64,000 nt of DNA, taken from positions 192,001-256,000 of the forward strand of contig JAXHNB010000002.1 of the NCBI GenBank assembly GCA_034520945.1, read 5' to 3'. The notes under the pieces were generated by a model. It made no database searches. It was not told the DNA's origin and saw only the letters and a list, made by a program, of their open reading frames with translations. Of this stretch, positions 41,332 through 51,199 are shown piece after piece (position 1 is the stretch's first letter; every line of letters begins with the position of its first letter). The DNA is from Trueperaceae bacterium. Lineage in GTDB: Bacteria; Deinococcota; Deinococci; Deinococcales; Trueperaceae. A program made the position numbers and the translations under genes.

Positions 41332-43856
41332 GCGCCATGGAGCTGCCCCACGCCGACGGCGCGCCCGGCGACGGGCCCGCCGGCCCGGCCGGGCCGCGGC
41401 CGCCCTGGTTGCGCGCGGCGGGCAGCGAGCTGATCGCCCACCGCCGCCTGGACGGGCGCGAGGGGCGCTTCGAGCCGCTGCCGGACGACCTGCCGCCCAC
41501 GCTCACCCAGGCGTTGGCGGCGGCGGGCGTGACGCGGCTGTACGCGCATCAACGCGAAGCCATCGACGCCCTGGACGCGGGCTCGGATGTGCTGCTCACC
41601 ACCGGCACCGCCAGCGGCAAGAGCCTGGCGTACCAACTGCCGGCGTTGCGCGCCCAGTGGATCGACGAGGGCGCGACCGTACTGGCCCTGTACCCCACCA
41701 AGGCGCTGGCGCACGACCAGGCACGGGCCATGGCGAGCCTGGCGGAGGCGACGGGCCTGCCGCCCGGCACCGTCGCCGCGTACGACGGTGACACGCCGAG
41801 CCACGTGCGGGCCCGCAGACGCGCCGAGGTGCGGACGTTGATCACCAATCCCGACATGCTGCACGCCGGCATCCTGCCGCACCACACCCTGTGGCGCCGC
41901 TTCCTGCGCGGCCTGGACCTGGTCGTGGTCGACGAGATCCACGCCTACCGCGGGGTGTTCGGCGGGCACCTGGCCGGCGTGCTTCGGCGCCTGCTGCGCG
42001 TCGCGCGGCACTACGGCGCCGCCCCGCGCCTCCTGGCGACCAGCGCCACCATCGGCAACGGCGCCGAGCACGCCGCGGCGTTGCTGGGCCGCACGCCGCA
42101 CGTCGTGGCGCGCGACGACGCCCCACGCGCGCCGCGCGAGGTGCTGCTGGTCCGGCCCCCCATGGTCGACCGCGCCCTGGGCATGCGCCGCGCACCGGGG
42201 CAGGACGCCGTCCGCATCGCGGAGGGCCTGGTGCGGGCGGGCCGGCAGGTGCTGGTGTTCGCCGGCTCGCGCCAGGGCGCGGAGGAGGCCGTGCTTCAGC
42301 TGCGCGCCAGCGTGGACGGCGTCCGCAGCTACCGTAGCGGCCTGCTGGCGCGGGAACGCCGCGCCATCGAGGCGGAGCTGCGCGACGGCACCGCCCGCGC
42401 CGTGGTGGCCACCAACGCCCTGGAGCTGGGCCTGGACATCGGCGGCGTGGACGCAGTCGTGATCATCGGCTATCCCGGCTCCGCCGCCGCCTTCTGGCAG
42501 CAGCTGGGCCGGGCCGGCCGACGCGACCGGTCGGGCGTGGGGGCGCTGGTGCTGGGGAGCGGCCCGTTGGATCAGTACCTGGCGCGGCACCCGGAGCACC
42601 TGTTCGGCGCCGCGCCGGAGCGGGCCCTCACCGATCCCGATCACCCGTTGTTGGCACTGGACCACCTTCGCTGCGCCACCTTCGAGCTGCCGGTCGAGCC
42701 GCACGAGCCGTTCGGCGGCTACGGACCGTCCGACGTGCAGGCGCTCACCAGCCAGCTCGAGGCCGACGGCGAGGTGCACCGCGCCGGGGGGCGCAGCTAC
42801 TGGATCGCGGACCGTTACCCGGCGCAGGGGGTGTCGTTGCGCTCAGCCGGACAGGACGACGTGCTCCTTCAGGACGAGCACGGCGTCACGGTCGGCACGC
42901 TGGACGCGCCCAGTGCGCGCTGGATGGCGCACCCGGGCGCCATCTACCTGCACGACGGTCGCCCGCACCACGTCGCGGCGCTGGACCTCGATCAGCGCGT
43001 GGCCCGCCTCGAACCGACCGACGATCGCTTCCTGACGCGTGCCACACGCGAGACGCGCATCACGCCGGCCGGACGCCCGGCGGAGCGGTCGGCGCGGGGC
43101 GCCACCGTGCTTCACGGCGACGTCGACGTCACCGAGACGGTGACCGGCTACCGCCGCATGCGGCGCAGCACGCGCGAGACGCTGTCGCGTCACCGGCTGC
43201 AGTTGCCGCCGTTCACCATGCGGACCACCGCCTACGCCTTCACGCCGCACGAGGACACGGTGGCCGCGCTGCGCGCGGCGGGCAGGTGGAGCAACGACCC
43301 CAACGCTTACGGTCCCGACTGGCCGCGCGTGCGGGCCCGGACGTTGGCCCGCGACGGGCATGCCTGCCGTTCCTGCGGCGCGCGGGAGGGGGCGGGCACG
43401 GCCCTGCACGTGCATCACCTCGTGCCGGTCCGGGCGTTCGCGCGCGCCAGCGAGGCGCACGCCGACGACAACCTCGTCACGCTGTGCCCTGCCTGTCACC
43501 ACCGCGCCGAGCAGAGCGTCCGCGTTCGCAGCGGACTGGCCGCCGTGGCGTACGTGTTGCGCTCGTTGGCGCCCCTGCGCGTGATGTGCGATGCCCGCGA
43601 CCTGGGCGTGCTCAGCGACCCGGCCAGCCCCGTCGCGTCCGGCGCGCCGGCGGTGCTCGTGTACGAGACCGTCCCCGGCGGCGTGGGGTTCGCGGCGGAG
43701 TTGGCCGCGCGGCACGAGGAACTGATCGCCGCGGCGCACGACCTGGTGACGTCGTGCGCCTGCGACGAGGGCTGCCCCGGCTGCGTGGGGCCCGCCGGCG
43801 AGCCGGGCCACGCCGGCAAGGACGAGGCGAGGGCCCTGCTGGCGGCCGCCTCATGA
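41328..43856 (+). CDS. MrfA/YprA/SftH-type DEAH helicase with DUF1998 and an in-frame HNH nuclease insertion
   Basis: TGTASGKS, YPTKAL, DEIH, SATI, QQLGRAGR, DUF1998 Cys (MCD...CACDEGCPGC); HNH block at about 43287-43511. Confidence 0.9.
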   Translation: MSAMELPHADGAPGDGPAGPAGPRPPWLRAAGSELIAHRRLDGREGRFEPLPDDLPPTLTQALAAAGVTRLYAHQREAIDALDAGSDVLLTTGTASGKSLAYQLPALRAQWIDEGATVLALYPTKALAHDQARAMASLAEATGLPPGTVAAYDGDTPSHVRARRRAEVRTLITNPDMLHAGILPHHTLWRRFLRGLDLVVVDEIHAYRGVFGGHLAGVLRRLLRVARHYGAAPRLLATSATIGNGAEHAAALLGRTPHVVARDDAPRAPREVLLVRPPMVDRALGMRRAPGQDAVRIAEGLVRAGRQVLVFAGSRQGAEEAVLQLRASVDGVRSYRSGLLARERRAIEAELRDGTARAVVATNALELGLDIGGVDAVVIIGYPGSAAAFWQQLGRAGRRDRSGVGALVLGSGPLDQYLARHPEHLFGAAPERALTDPDHPLLALDHLRCATFELPVEPHEPFGGYGPSDVQALTSQLEADGEVHRAGGRSYWIADRYPAQGVSLRSAGQDDVLLQDEHGVTVGTLDAPSARWMAHPGAIYLHDGRPHHVAALDLDQRVARLEPTDDRFLTRATRETRITPAGRPAERSARGATVLHGDVDVTETVTGYRRMRRSTRETLSRHRLQLPPFTMRTTAYAFTPHEDTVAALRAAGRWSNDPNAYGPDWPRVRARTLARDGHACRSCGAREGAGTALHVHHLVPVRAFARASEAHADDNLVTLCPACHHRAEQSVRVRSGLAAVAYVLRSLAPLRVMCDARDLGVLSDPASPVASGAPAVLVYETVPGGVGFAAELAARHEELIAAAHDLVTSCACDEGCPGCVGPAGEPGHAGKDEARALLAAAS

Positions 43857-45121
43857 GCGACCTGCTGTCGCGCTTGCGGGCCCTCCGTGGCGATCCGGCC
43901 CAGCCCGAGGCCGCCGATCCGTCGCAGGCCGAGGTCGATGTGGGCTTCGAGGGGGCGGCCGCCCAACTGGCGGCCACCGTGGCGACCCGCGAGACCGGCG
44001 TGCACCTGTGGCGCCGCGCCACCCCGACGTGGCGCCACGGCGACGCCCCCGTGGGCGACGCCGGGCTCGGGCCGCTGCTGCGGCGCTGGGCCGAAGCGAC
44101 GCGGGCGCGCGCGGGGCGCGCCGCGTCGGGCTCGCCGGCCTCGCGCCACGAAGGGGCCGCTCCCGAGGCGCCCGAGCCGACCCGCGGTTCTGTCCCTCGG
44201 CCCGAGCGGGTCCTGTACCTCGATACCGAGACCACGGGCCTGGCTGGCGGGACCGGCACGTACGCCTTCCTCGTCGGCATCGGCGTGCACGACACGGACG
44301 GGTTCTCGGTCACCCAACTGTTCATGCCGGGCCCCCAACACGAACCGGCCCTGCTGGACGCGGTCGAGCACGCGAGTCGCGGCGCGGACGCTGTCGTGAC
44401 GTACAACGGCGCCGGCTTCGACCTGCCGCTGCTGCGCAACCGCTTCTTGCTCCACGGCCGTGAGGACCCGTTCGCGCACGCGCTGCAGCTGGACCTGCTG
44501 CCGTTGGCACGCCGCCTGTGGCGGGAGCGCCTGGTGGACTGCACGCTGGGCACCGTCGAGCGCGAGATCCTGGGGGCGCGCCGCGACCACCGGGACGTCC
44601 CGGGCGCCGAGGTGCCCGCGCGCTACGCCGCCTTCCTGCGCAGCCGCGACGCGCGGCCGTTGCGTGGCGTCCTCCGTCACAACCAGGACGACGTCGTCGC
44701 GCTGGCGGCCATGCGCGCCCGCCTGGACGACCTGTTGGCGTCCCGCCGCCCCGCTGCGCCCGACGAGGCGTACGCGCTGGGCCGCCTGTTGGCCCGGATC
44801 GGCGAGGAGGCCCTGGCCCTGCAGCACTTTCGAAGCGTTGCGGCGCAGCGGGCGGATGCAGCCTGGGAGGCGTCGCTGCTGCTGCGGCGGACCGGCCGGC
44901 GCGAGGCCGCAAGGGAGGCGTGGCAGGCGCTGGCCCAGCGGGGCCACGCCGACGCCTGGGTCGCGTTGGCCAAGGACGCCGAGCACCGCACCCGCGATCT
45001 TCATGGGGCCCTCGCGGCCGTCCAAGCGGCCCGATGCTGCGACGGGCCCTGCCGCGACGACCTGGACAAGCGCGAGGCCCGCCTTCGCGCGCGCCTCCGG
45101 GTACGAGGCGAGATGGCCTAG
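43853..45121 (+). CDS. MrfB/YprB-like RNase H-fold (DEDDh) exonuclease with TPR-like tail
   Basis: YLDTETTGLAGGTGT, TYNGAGFDLP, HNQDDV, AKDAEHR; ATGA overlap with the helicase. Confidence 0.88.
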   Translation: MSDLLSRLRALRGDPAQPEAADPSQAEVDVGFEGAAAQLAATVATRETGVHLWRRATPTWRHGDAPVGDAGLGPLLRRWAEATRARAGRAASGSPASRHEGAAPEAPEPTRGSVPRPERVLYLDTETTGLAGGTGTYAFLVGIGVHDTDGFSVTQLFMPGPQHEPALLDAVEHASRGADAVVTYNGAGFDLPLLRNRFLLHGREDPFAHALQLDLLPLARRLWRERLVDCTLGTVEREILGARRDHRDVPGAEVPARYAAFLRSRDARPLRGVLRHNQDDVVALAAMRARLDDLLASRRPAAPDEAYALGRLLARIGEEALALQHFRSVAAQRADAAWEASLLLRRTGRREAAREAWQALAQRGHADAWVALAKDAEHRTRDLHGALAAVQAARCCDGPCRDDLDKREARLRARLRVRGEMA

Positions 45122-45127
45122 GCGGAA

Positions 45128-45706
45128 TCACGGCGCCGCCCCCGCCTCCAGCCAGAACGTGCCGCCGCACCCGCGGTGCCGGTAGGCGCCGGGCGCGTGC
45201 TTGGGCCGCCGGTACAGGCCGACCCGCGTTCCGCAGCGGCGGCACACCAGCACGTGGCGGGGCGGCGCGACGGGATCGCTGCTGCACGTCGCGCGTGGTT
45301 CCGCCCCGACCTCGCGCGCGACCGACCGCCACAACGGTCCGTGGTTCATGGCGCGCCGGCCGTAGCGGGCGTAGGCGACCGCGTGCGCGATCTCGTGGAG
45401 GAGGGTCGCGGAGATCCGCGCGTCGTCCCCGTTCTGCACCAGGTAGCGGCTGAGGCGCACCGTACCCGTGCGCGCCCCCGCCACCACGCGGGTCGTGCCG
45501 AGGGTTCGTTTGCCGCGGCCGAAACCGAACGCCCAGTCGTCCAGCCCATGGTGCAGCATCCGCTCGGCCGCCGCGACCTCGACGCGGCCGAAGGCCGGTC
45601 CGGGCGGCCGGGGCCGAAGCAGGTACACGACGCGGTCGCCATCCCTGAACGGCAGGGGCTGGCGGCTGGTGGGGCCGAGGTCCGCAGGCGGCCTTGAGAC
45701 GCTCAT
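45128..45706 (-). CDS. SprT-like zinc metalloprotease
   Basis: TLLHEIAH, NHGPLWR, C-terminal CRRC...HRGC Zn ribbon; leaderless start (TAGCCT 7 nt upstream). Confidence 0.85.
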   Translation of the reverse strand: MSVSRPPADLGPTSRQPLPFRDGDRVVYLLRPRPPGPAFGRVEVAAAERMLHHGLDDWAFGFGRGKRTLGTTRVVAGARTGTVRLSRYLVQNGDDARISATLLHEIAHAVAYARYGRRAMNHGPLWRSVAREVGAEPRATCSSDPVAPPRHVLVCRRCGTRVGLYRRPKHAPGAYRHRGCGGTFWLEAGAAP

Positions 45707-45909
45707 GCCGTGGAGGCTACCGCGGGGGCCGCGGGCGGGCGCTGGGCGCCGGGGGGATCGCCGAGACGGACCGCCTGCACCGCCGGTGCCCCCTTGGTCG
45801 CGGGCGCTTCGGATGCGGCAGATGCCGTGCGTGTCGACGCGATCCGCCCAGCACGCCGACACGCCACGCCCCTTCGCGCCTATACTCTGCCCAAGCGGGA
45901 GGAGATGCC

Positions 45910-46818
45910 ATGGCCCCACGACCCGACCCCCCTGACAGCGAGGACGCGCGCGCACTGGAGGAGGCCGCCGCCCAGCTCGAAGCGCACCCCGACTACCGCG
46001 TCCTGCGTCGCTTGCCGGACGATCCAAGGTCCGACGGGCACGGCACCCCCGGAAGGTACGGGTTGTTCGTCGACGTCGAGACCACCGGCTTCGACGCGTC
46101 ACGGGAGGCGGTCATCGAGCTGGCCATGGTGCTCTTCGGCTACGACGCCCAGGGGCGCGTGACGGGCATCGAAGCGCGATTCGACCAGTTGGAGGACCCC
46201 GGCCGCCCCATTCCGAGTGAAATCACCGAGCTGACCGGCATCACGGACGAGGACGTTCGCGGGGCCCGCATCGACGACGGCGACGTGGCGGACCTCGTCG
46301 GACGCGCCCACCTGGTCATCGCGCACAACGCCCCGTTCGACCGCGCGTTCCTCGAGCGGCGCTTCCCCGTGTTCGCGCAGCAACCGTGGGCGTGCAGCGC
46401 CGTCGACGTGAACTGGCGAGGCGAGGGGCTCGAGAGCCGCAAGTTGGAGTACCTCGCCTTCCGCTTCGGCATCTTCTACGAGGCGCATCGGGCTGTCACC
46501 GACTGCGTTGCCGGCGTCCACGTGCTCAGCCGCGAGCTGCCCCGCAGCGGCGTGCCGGCCTTGTCGCGCCTGTTGGCCTCGGCCCGCCGGAAGGACGTCC
46601 GGTTCGACGCCCTCGGCTCGCCGTTCGAGACCAAGGACGCGCTCAAGGCGCGCGGGTACCGCTGGAACGCCGCCGAGCGGTACTGGTGGAAGGAGGTCCC
46701 CGAGGAGGAGGCCGACGCCGAGCGGTCCTGGCTCTCGGCCAACGTGTACGACGGGCGGAGCCGCGCGCGCGAGTCGGTCGTCACCGCCTACGAGCGGTAC
46801 GCCACGCGCCCGGCCTGA
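45910..46818 (+). CDS. DEDDh 3'-5' exonuclease (DNA Pol III epsilon-like)
   Basis: HPDYRVLRRL, VDVETTG, AHNAPFD, AHRAVTD, KDALKARGYRW; TATACT at 45881 and GGAGGAG RBS. Confidence 0.9.
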   Translation: MAPRPDPPDSEDARALEEAAAQLEAHPDYRVLRRLPDDPRSDGHGTPGRYGLFVDVETTGFDASREAVIELAMVLFGYDAQGRVTGIEARFDQLEDPGRPIPSEITELTGITDEDVRGARIDDGDVADLVGRAHLVIAHNAPFDRAFLERRFPVFAQQPWACSAVDVNWRGEGLESRKLEYLAFRFGIFYEAHRAVTDCVAGVHVLSRELPRSGVPALSRLLASARRKDVRFDALGSPFETKDALKARGYRWNAAERYWWKEVPEEEADAERSWLSANVYDGRSRARESVVTAYERYATRPA

Positions 46819-46834
46819 CGCCAGGCACGACCGA

Positions 46835-46862
46835 GCGGCGCGTCCCCGCGGGGACGCGCCGC
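46835..46862. terminator. 28-bp perfect palindrome after the exonuclease gene
   Basis: GCGGCGCGTCCCCGCGGGGACGCGCCGC is self-complementary. Confidence 0.6.
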
Positions 46863-46932
46863 GTTCCCCTCCAACGCCGGGACGGGTGTGATAACCTTCG
46901 CAAAACCCCGGCTTGAGCTAGGGAGGTCGTGC

Positions 46933-48015
46933 ATGGAAGAGGAACGGGTCCGGTACCCCAGCGGACGCACCGGAGAGCGAAACGTACACCGTGTCGGCCT
47001 GACGCGGCACTGCATAACCTCCGGTACGATCCAACTTCCCTTCGCCCTCAAGGACGCCTTTCCTGAGGGCGAATTCGTTGCGCACGACGTGCATCGCGAC
47101 CAGGCCATCACCCTCGACTTCGAACCTCCAAGGCGCCTGCACGGCCTCCGCGACCTGTTCGAAGCCCACGAACTCCACGTGAACGATCTGCTGGAGATCC
47201 GCGTCGAAGCCGACACCGTTCGCCTCGCCGCGGTGCAGCTCGCCCGCTACGACGCCCGTTCCCGCGACGACCAGGCAGCCGCCGTCCGGCCCTCGCGCAC
47301 CGCCGACCCGCACCGAGCCGCGCGCCCACGCCACCCCGAGGCCCGGGCCGAGCCCGATGCCTCCCACCTGGGGGACGACGTCGTCGATCGCTTCGGAAGC
47401 GTCACCGTGCGGCGACTCGGCGCGGGCACGGCCCGCCCGCCGGCGGCGGAGACCCTGAGCGACGACGCCCCGCGCGCCGAACGCCCCGAGGAGCCCTCCG
47501 CTCTGCAGGCGCCCAACGACGACCGATCGGTGCAGGAGTCCGCGCCCGTGGAGCTTTACGAGCCCGCCGCGGCGCCCGAACGGGACGCGGGCCCCCTGCC
47601 CCCGGCGTCCTCGCCGTCGCGGCCCTCGGGTGCGCCGGAGGTGGCGCAGGCGTCCCATCGCACCGCCCCGCAGGCCGCGCCCGCCGAGGCCGGGGAGGCA
47701 CGCGTCACGCCCCATGACCTGGCCGAACCCGAGGCCGACGACGCGCAGGCCGAGGACGGCGACAAGCGCCTTCGCGAAGAGTCGTTGAGCCGCGCGGGCG
47801 ACCTGCGGAGTCGCATCGTGCGCTGGCTCCTCGACCCGTCCACGCCGGTCATCGTCCAGTACCAGCACGTCATGCATGCCTTCGATCTTCCGCGCGAGGT
47901 CGTGCACGACGTCATGGCCGGCATCATCGAAGAGCCCCCGCCCACCCTTCGCCTGGCCGAGCTGCGCGAGGGCATGTTCCGCGTCTCGAAGGTCACGGTG
48001 GAACAGGAGGCCTGA
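46933..48015 (+). CDS. hypothetical protein: two globular domains joined by a Pro/Ala/Glu-rich linker
   Basis: GGGAGG RBS; ordered N- and C-terminal segments flank a low-complexity region. Confidence 0.75.
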   Translation: MEEERVRYPSGRTGERNVHRVGLTRHCITSGTIQLPFALKDAFPEGEFVAHDVHRDQAITLDFEPPRRLHGLRDLFEAHELHVNDLLEIRVEADTVRLAAVQLARYDARSRDDQAAAVRPSRTADPHRAARPRHPEARAEPDASHLGDDVVDRFGSVTVRRLGAGTARPPAAETLSDDAPRAERPEEPSALQAPNDDRSVQESAPVELYEPAAAPERDAGPLPPASSPSRPSGAPEVAQASHRTAPQAAPAEAGEARVTPHDLAEPEADDAQAEDGDKRLREESLSRAGDLRSRIVRWLLDPSTPVIVQYQHVMHAFDLPREVVHDVMAGIIEEPPPTLRLAELREGMFRVSKVTVEQEA

Positions 48016-48049
48016 GCCTGCGGCCCCTGCCCGAGCGGGCGGTCCTTGC

Positions 48050-49564
48050 TCAGGACGAGCCGCGCGTGCCGAACCATTCGGCGGGCGCGGGGTCGAGGTT
48101 CCAGTAGAGGTGCTTCTCCTCCTGGTACTCGCGGAGGCCGGCGCGTCCCAGCTCGCGGCCGATGCCGCTCTGTTTGAAGCCGCCCCAGGGCGCTTCGGGG
48201 TAGTAGGGGTGGAAGTCGTTGATCCACACCGTCCCGAAGGGGAGGCGGCGCGCCATGCGGACGGCGCGCGTGGCGTCTCGCGTGAACACGCCGGCGGCCA
48301 GGCCGGTCGGGGTGTCGGAGGCCAGTCGGACCGCCTCAAAGTCGTCCGCGAACGTCTCCACGGTGAGGACGGGACCGAAGATCTCCTCGCGCGCGACGCG
48401 GCCGTCGTGCGGCAGGCCGGTCAGGACGGTGGGTTCCAGGAAGGTCCCGTCCGCGAAGCGGGGGTCGGTCGGGCGGCCGCCGCCGAGGACCAGTTCGGCG
48501 CCTTCCTCCTGTGCCAAGCGGACGTAGCCTTCGACCTTGTCGCGGTGCTCGGCGGAGATCACGGGCCCCATCTCGGTCTCATTCTCCCAGCCGAAGCCCA
48601 TCCGGATGCGGCGGGCGCGGTCCAGGATCCGCTCGACCAGCGCGCCTTGCAGGTCCTCGTGCACCAACAGGCGCGAGCCGGCCGAGCACACCTGGCCGGC
48701 GTGGTAGTAGACGGCGTTCAGCGCGTGGTCGGTGGCCAGGTCGAGGTCGGCGTCTTCGAGGACGACGTTGGGGTTCTTGCCACCCAACTCCAGTGCGATC
48801 CGGGTGACGTGCTGCGAGGCGGCGGCGGCGATCCGCCGGCCCGTGACGATGCCGCCCGTGAACGAGATCAGGTCGACGCGTGGGTCTTCGGTCATGGCCG
48901 CGCCGACGGTGCCGCCGGCGCCGGTGACGACGTTGGCCACACCGGCGGGGAGACCCGCCTCCTCCAGCATTTCGCCGAAGCGAAGCGTGCTGAGGGGCGT
49001 GAGTTCGCTGGGTTTGAGTACGAAGGTGCAGCCGGCGGCCAGGGCAGGCGCGATCTTCCACGACGCCTGCAGCAGGGGGTAGTTCCAGGGGGTGATCATG
49101 GCGACCACGCCGAGGGGTTCGTGCATGGTCAGGCTGAGCGCGTCGGTGGGGACGGGGTTCACGTCCCCGCGCGAGGTGCGGATTTCGGCGGCGTAGTAGC
49201 GGAACACCTGCGCGATCTGGTCCATGTCGGCGCGGCTCTCGATCAGCGTCTTGCCGGTGTCCAGCGTCTCGAGCCACGCGAGCTCGTCGGTCTGCTGCTC
49301 GATGGCGTCGGCGACCCGTTCCAACAGGCGGGCGCGGGTCTGGACGGGCGTGGTCGGCCAGGGGCCGTCGTCGAACGCGCGGCGCGCGGCGCGGAGGGCG
49401 GCGTCGACGTCGTGGGCGTCGGCTTCGGGCACCTTTAAAAGTGTGCGGCCGGTGGCCGGATCGAGGGTCGGGCGCGTCTGGCCCTGCTCGGCCGGGAGAA
49501 ACTGGCCGTCGATCTGGAGGGCGGCCTGGGGAAGGCGGGGGGCGGTGGGTCCGTCGGTGGGCAT
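48050..49564 (-). CDS. aldehyde dehydrogenase, betaine-aldehyde dehydrogenase-like
   Basis: PWNYPL, KPSE, FTGG, ELGGKNP, GQVCSAG, EEIFGP, APWGGFKQSGIGRELG. Confidence 0.88.
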   Translation of the reverse strand: MPTDGPTAPRLPQAALQIDGQFLPAEQGQTRPTLDPATGRTLLKVPEADAHDVDAALRAARRAFDDGPWPTTPVQTRARLLERVADAIEQQTDELAWLETLDTGKTLIESRADMDQIAQVFRYYAAEIRTSRGDVNPVPTDALSLTMHEPLGVVAMITPWNYPLLQASWKIAPALAAGCTFVLKPSELTPLSTLRFGEMLEEAGLPAGVANVVTGAGGTVGAAMTEDPRVDLISFTGGIVTGRRIAAAASQHVTRIALELGGKNPNVVLEDADLDLATDHALNAVYYHAGQVCSAGSRLLVHEDLQGALVERILDRARRIRMGFGWENETEMGPVISAEHRDKVEGYVRLAQEEGAELVLGGGRPTDPRFADGTFLEPTVLTGLPHDGRVAREEIFGPVLTVETFADDFEAVRLASDTPTGLAAGVFTRDATRAVRMARRLPFGTVWINDFHPYYPEAPWGGFKQSGIGRELGRAGLREYQEEKHLYWNLDPAPAEWFGTRGSS

Positions 49565-49613
49565 GGGGCCTCCTTGCGTCGGACGGGGGCGGGTCCGCGG
49601 GTGCGCGGGTGCG

Positions 49614-50273
49614 TCAGGGGCCGGGCAGCAGGTCCGACAGGGACGTCACGACGTGTGGCGTGAGCTCGCGGAAGGCCGTGGCGGGAAGGTCGCCGAAGGT
49701 GACGGCGACGCAGGTCGCGCCGGCGCGAACGCCGGCGGTGGCGCCTGCGACGCTGTCCTCGATGACCAGGCATCGTGATGGCCGGACCGCCAAGCGTTCG
49801 GCCGCGGCCAGGTAGACGTCCGGATGCGGTTTTCCGTGCGCCACGTCGTCGACCGAGACCCGCAGCGGAACCTGCGTGGCCCAGACGTGCGGCGTCAGCG
49901 TCGCACGGATCGAGGCGTGGGGGCTGTTGGACACGATGGCGCGCGGCAGGTCCGCCTGCGCGACGTGGCGCACCAGGGCGTCGGCGCCGGGGCGTGCGGC
50001 GGCGTGCGCCAGGTGCGCGATGACGGTGTCCTGCAGTTCATGCAGGAACGCGACCGGGTCGGCGCGCAACCCGTACCGGTCGCGGAGGGTGGTGATCAAG
50101 CCGCGGGCGTCCAGGCCGTGCAGCACGTCGCGCGCCTCGAGCGGCAGGGTGACGCCGTGCGCGGCGGCCAGTTCGCGTTCGGCGTCGAACCAGGCCCCTT
50201 CGGTGTCGACGAGGGTGCCGTCCATGTCGAACAGCACCGCGTCGAAGGAGCTGGGGTCCGGCGTGGCCGTCAT
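49614..50273 (-). CDS. HAD-superfamily phosphatase
   Basis: FDMDGTLVDTE, VSNS, GKPHPDVY, IEDS; ATGA overlap with the permease. Confidence 0.9.
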   Translation of the reverse strand: MTATPDPSSFDAVLFDMDGTLVDTEGAWFDAERELAAAHGVTLPLEARDVLHGLDARGLITTLRDRYGLRADPVAFLHELQDTVIAHLAHAAARPGADALVRHVAQADLPRAIVSNSPHASIRATLTPHVWATQVPLRVSVDDVAHGKPHPDVYLAAAERLAVRPSRCLVIEDSVAGATAGVRAGATCVAVTFGDLPATAFRELTPHVVTSLSDLLPGP

Positions 50274-51199
50274 CCCTCGCCGGAGCGCGGGTCGATGGCG
50301 TCCCGAAGCCAATCGCCCAACATGTTGATGCCGAGGGTGGTCACGGCGATCGCCAGGCCGGGGAAGATCGCCAGCCACGGGTGCGTCGTCAGGAAGCGGC
50401 GGCCGAGCGCGAGCATGTTGCCCCAACTGGGGACCTCGGGCGGGACGCTCAGCCCCAGGAAGCCGAGGCCGGCCTCGTAGAAGATCATGGCGGAGGTCTC
50501 GAAGGTGGCGAGCGTCGCCAGCGGGCCGATCAGGTTGGGGACCAGATGCCTGGGGATGATGCGGCTGGCGCGCGCGCCCAGCCCCTGCGCCGCTTCGACG
50601 TAGGCGAGGCGTTTGAGCCTGAGCACCTCGCCGCGGGCGACGCGGATGAACACGGGACTGCTGGTCACCCCGAACAACAGGATCACGTTCAGCAGGCTGC
50701 GGCCCAGGATGGTGGCGACGACGATGACCAGCACCAGGTAGGGGATCGACAGCAGCAGGTTCATGAACGAAGTGACGATGGTGTCCAGCCATCCGCCGAA
50801 GTAGCCCGCCAGCATGCCGAGGGTCACGCCGATGGCCAGCGAGAGCGTGACGCCGAGGACGCCGACGAGGAGCGACACGCGGGCGCCGTACACGATGCGG
50901 CTGAACTGGTCCTGGCCCAGCTGGTCGGTGCCCAGGATGTGTTCGGCGGTGCCCTCGGCGTGCCACATGGGAGGAAGCCGGGCCGCCATGAAGTCGCCCT
51001 CGCCGGGCGCGAAGGGGGCGACCCAGGGCGCGAACACCGCGGAGCCGGTGACCAGCAGGACCAGGAACAGGCCGAACAGCCCCGAAGGGCTCCGGCGCAG
51101 GTCGCGGAACAGGCGGCGCGGATGGAACAGGCCCTCGCCGGCGTGCTCTGCGGCACCGATGGGGTCGCCGGCGTCGCGCCTTGCGTCGGGGCGGCTCAC
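50270..51199 (-). CDS. ABC transporter permease (DppC/OppC family)
   Basis: LGTDQLGQD, YGARVSL, EAA motif YVEAAQGLGA, LGFLGL, SWG. Confidence 0.93.
   Translation of the reverse strand: MSRPDARRDAGDPIGAAEHAGEGLFHPRRLFRDLRRSPSGLFGLFLVLLVTGSAVFAPWVAPFAPGEGDFMAARLPPMWHAEGTAEHILGTDQLGQDQFSRIVYGARVSLLVGVLGVTLSLAIGVTLGMLAGYFGGWLDTIVTSFMNLLLSIPYLVLVIVVATILGRSLLNVILLFGVTSSPVFIRVARGEVLRLKRLAYVEAAQGLGARASRIIPRHLVPNLIGPLATLATFETSAMIFYEAGLGFLGLSVPPEVPSWGNMLALGRRFLTTHPWLAIFPGLAIAVTTLGINMLGDWLRDAIDPRSGEG

Noticed and set aside
43287..43511. Intein or mobile homing endonuclease in the helicase
   Set aside because: Insert is only ~75 aa, with no Cys/Ser start block or His-Asn/Cys-Ser-Thr splice junction; treated as a fused domain.
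41328..45121. DISARM/Druantia-type anti-phage system (DUF1998 helicase)
   Set aside because: No methylase, PLD or drm partners; the partner is a YprB/MrfB exonuclease and the context is uvrC.
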